Positions 32,534 to 33,668 of a stretch of DNA of 33,668 bases are shown piece after piece. Within the stretch, counting starts at the first letter, position 1. Every line of letters starts with the position of its first letter. The notes below the pieces were generated by a model. That model had not been told where the DNA came from. It saw only the letters and a list, made by a program, of their open reading frames with translations, and searched no databases. The translations under genes and the position numbers were made by a program. Source of the DNA: an uncultured Thermomicrobiales bacterium (GTDB lineage Bacteria; Chloroflexota; Chloroflexia; Thermomicrobiales; CFX8); NCBI GenBank assembly GCA_964601285.1, contig CAZRNC010000001.1:1-33668 (forward strand), written 5' to 3'.

Positions 32534-33490
32534 TTAGTACCCCTCCACCAAATCCACGATGTTACGAAGCTGACGTCCACTCTGAAAGCGCTCGATATTG
32601 TCACTTAGCAGATCGACAAAGCGATCCAGCCGACGTGGTGATCTTCCTCCAGTGTGGCAGGTAATGAGTGTGTTCTGTACATCCCAGAGCGGACTCTCCG
32701 GCGGAAGCGGTTCCGGTGTTGTCACGTCCAGTCCGGCCCCTGCCAGGTGGCCCGAACGCAGCGCGTCGATCAGTGCATCCTGATCCACAATACCGCCTCG
32801 TCCGATGTTGTAGATATATGCACCCGGTTTCATCACCGCCAACCGGGCTGCGTCAAACAATCCCTCCGTCCTGGACGTCAAAGGCAGACAGATGGCGACG
32901 TGGTCTGCCTCGGCCAAGAGCGGGTCCATCGTTTCGAGCGTTGCAACAGCTTCGACGTACTCCGGCACTGGCAACTCACGCCGCCGGACACCGGTAACCC
33001 GCATATCCAGCCGCGACGCCCTGTCGGCCAACGCCAACCCAATGTCGCCTAGACCAACGACACACAACCGTTGTCCTGCCAGCTCGAAACTATGAACGTC
33101 CTTGCACCATTCATGTCGCGCCTGTGCTTGCATGAGCATCGGAAATCCACGTGCAAATGCCAGAATAAACGCGAGGATATGTTCCGAGAGGTTCTCGGCA
33201 TGGATTCCCGAACCATTGGTAACAACAACCTGACCAGGCTCAAATCCGCTGAGGTCAATCCGGTCAGCCCCGGCTGTCAATGTTTGCGCCCAGCGCAACC
33301 GGGTAGAGCCGGCCAGCAACTCGACATGTCGCCCCCGGCCAACATAGAGATCAACATCCTTGAACGCTTCCGGGATGATCTTGAGATCCTGCTCGGCAAT
33401 GAACGTTAGTTCAGGAAACCGGCCCCGCAAACGAGCCAGTAATTCTTCACCAAGATCCACAGATATTCCTACAAGTTCCAACTTTGCCAT
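32534..33490 (-). CDS. D-isomer-specific 2-hydroxyacid dehydrogenase family, NAD-binding
   Basis: GLGDIGLALADRA (GxGxxG), NIGRGGIVD (Arg), ITCHTGG (His). ATG 33490 (MAKLELVGISVD) preferred over the track start 33571. Confidence 0.85.
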   Translation of the reverse strand: MAKLELVGISVDLGEELLARLRGRFPELTFIAEQDLKIIPEAFKDVDLYVGRGRHVELLAGSTRLRWAQTLTAGADRIDLSGFEPGQVVVTNGSGIHAENLSEHILAFILAFARGFPMLMQAQARHEWCKDVHSFELAGQRLCVVGLGDIGLALADRASRLDMRVTGVRRRELPVPEYVEAVATLETMDPLLAEADHVAICLPLTSRTEGLFDAARLAVMKPGAYIYNIGRGGIVDQDALIDALRSGHLAGAGLDVTTPEPLPPESPLWDVQNTLITCHTGGRSPRRLDRFVDLLSDNIERFQSGRQLRNIVDLVEGY

Positions 33491-33591
33491 GGTCCGCCTC
33501 AATTCCATCTGAAACTCTATGATTGCCACATTACCATGGTCTTGCAAGGCGGATACTGTCATGATCAGCATAGCACTCGTAGGATCCCACC

Positions 33592-33668
33592 TTAATACCC
33601 CTCGACTGGGTCGACGACGTTCCGCATCGGTTGGTCGGTGCGGAAGCGGTCGATGTTGTCCATCAACA
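33592..33668 (-). CDS. C-terminal fragment of a second D-2-hydroxyacid dehydrogenase paralog (5' part outside the window)
   Basis: Reverse translation gives ..LMDNIDRFRTDQPMRNVVDPVEGY* (stop 33592-33594). It parallels ..LLSDNIERFQSGRQLRNIVDLVEGY* of the neighbouring gene. Confidence 0.6.
   Translation of the reverse strand, partial: LMDNIDRFRTDQPMRNVVDPVEGY

Overview
33.7-kb window of a moderately GC-rich bacterial chromosome. The protein style (Tat-lipoprotein solute-binding proteins with long acidic Pro/Thr linkers, LLM/F420-type oxidoreductases, hairpin repeats that translate to '..SEVEGP../..FAQDD..') suggests a Chloroflexota/Thermomicrobia-like organism, but this is an unverified impression. 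No rRNA, tRNA, CRISPR array, integrase or transposase ORF, and no defence gene other than one vapBC toxin-antitoxin pair was seen.

Left third (1-12 kb), a mixed set of genes:
- a partial membrane-anchored ECF-sigma-like/anti-sigma-like gene, absent from the ORF track because it runs off the window
- a more AT-rich vapBC cassette followed by a frameshifted relic of a second antitoxin
- a COG4586/4587/3694-type ABC-2 transporter (ATPase plus 2 permeases)
- a type II HAD hydrolase and a Cys/Met-metabolism PLP enzyme
- a CocE/NonD hydrolase bracketed by two copies of a ~100-nt hairpin repeat; the upstream copy is split by a 148-bp MITE-like insertion with a 5-bp target duplication
- a bPH membrane protein, an MFS transporter and an Lrp/AsnC regulator

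Right two thirds (12.3-32.3 kb), the main candidate for an undescribed system: two convergent operons that meet at one bidirectional terminator (23677-23708).
- The 11-gene plus-strand operon is divergent from the Lrp regulator. It encodes a thiolase-like protein, a DUF35 protein, a CaiB-type CoA-transferase, an SBP, a crotonase, a second CaiB-type transferase, a PHP phosphoesterase, 2 permeases, an MBL hydrolase and an LLM oxidoreductase.
- Three of its core enzymes have substitutions at canonical catalytic positions by hand alignment: thiolase Cys->Glu, first CoA-transferase Asp->Gln, crotonase first Glu->Thr. This points to a repurposed CoA-ester C-C cleavage module of unknown substrate.
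- The 7-gene minus-strand operon encodes an SBP, 2 permeases, two tandem MmgE/PrpD paralogs, an LLM oxidoreductase and a KRCGH-type isocitrate-lyase/PEP-mutase-family lyase.
- Both Opp/Dpp-type importers lack ATPase genes.

The window ends with two tandem D-2-hydroxyacid dehydrogenase paralogs. All functional calls come from motif recognition by eye; no database search was possible.
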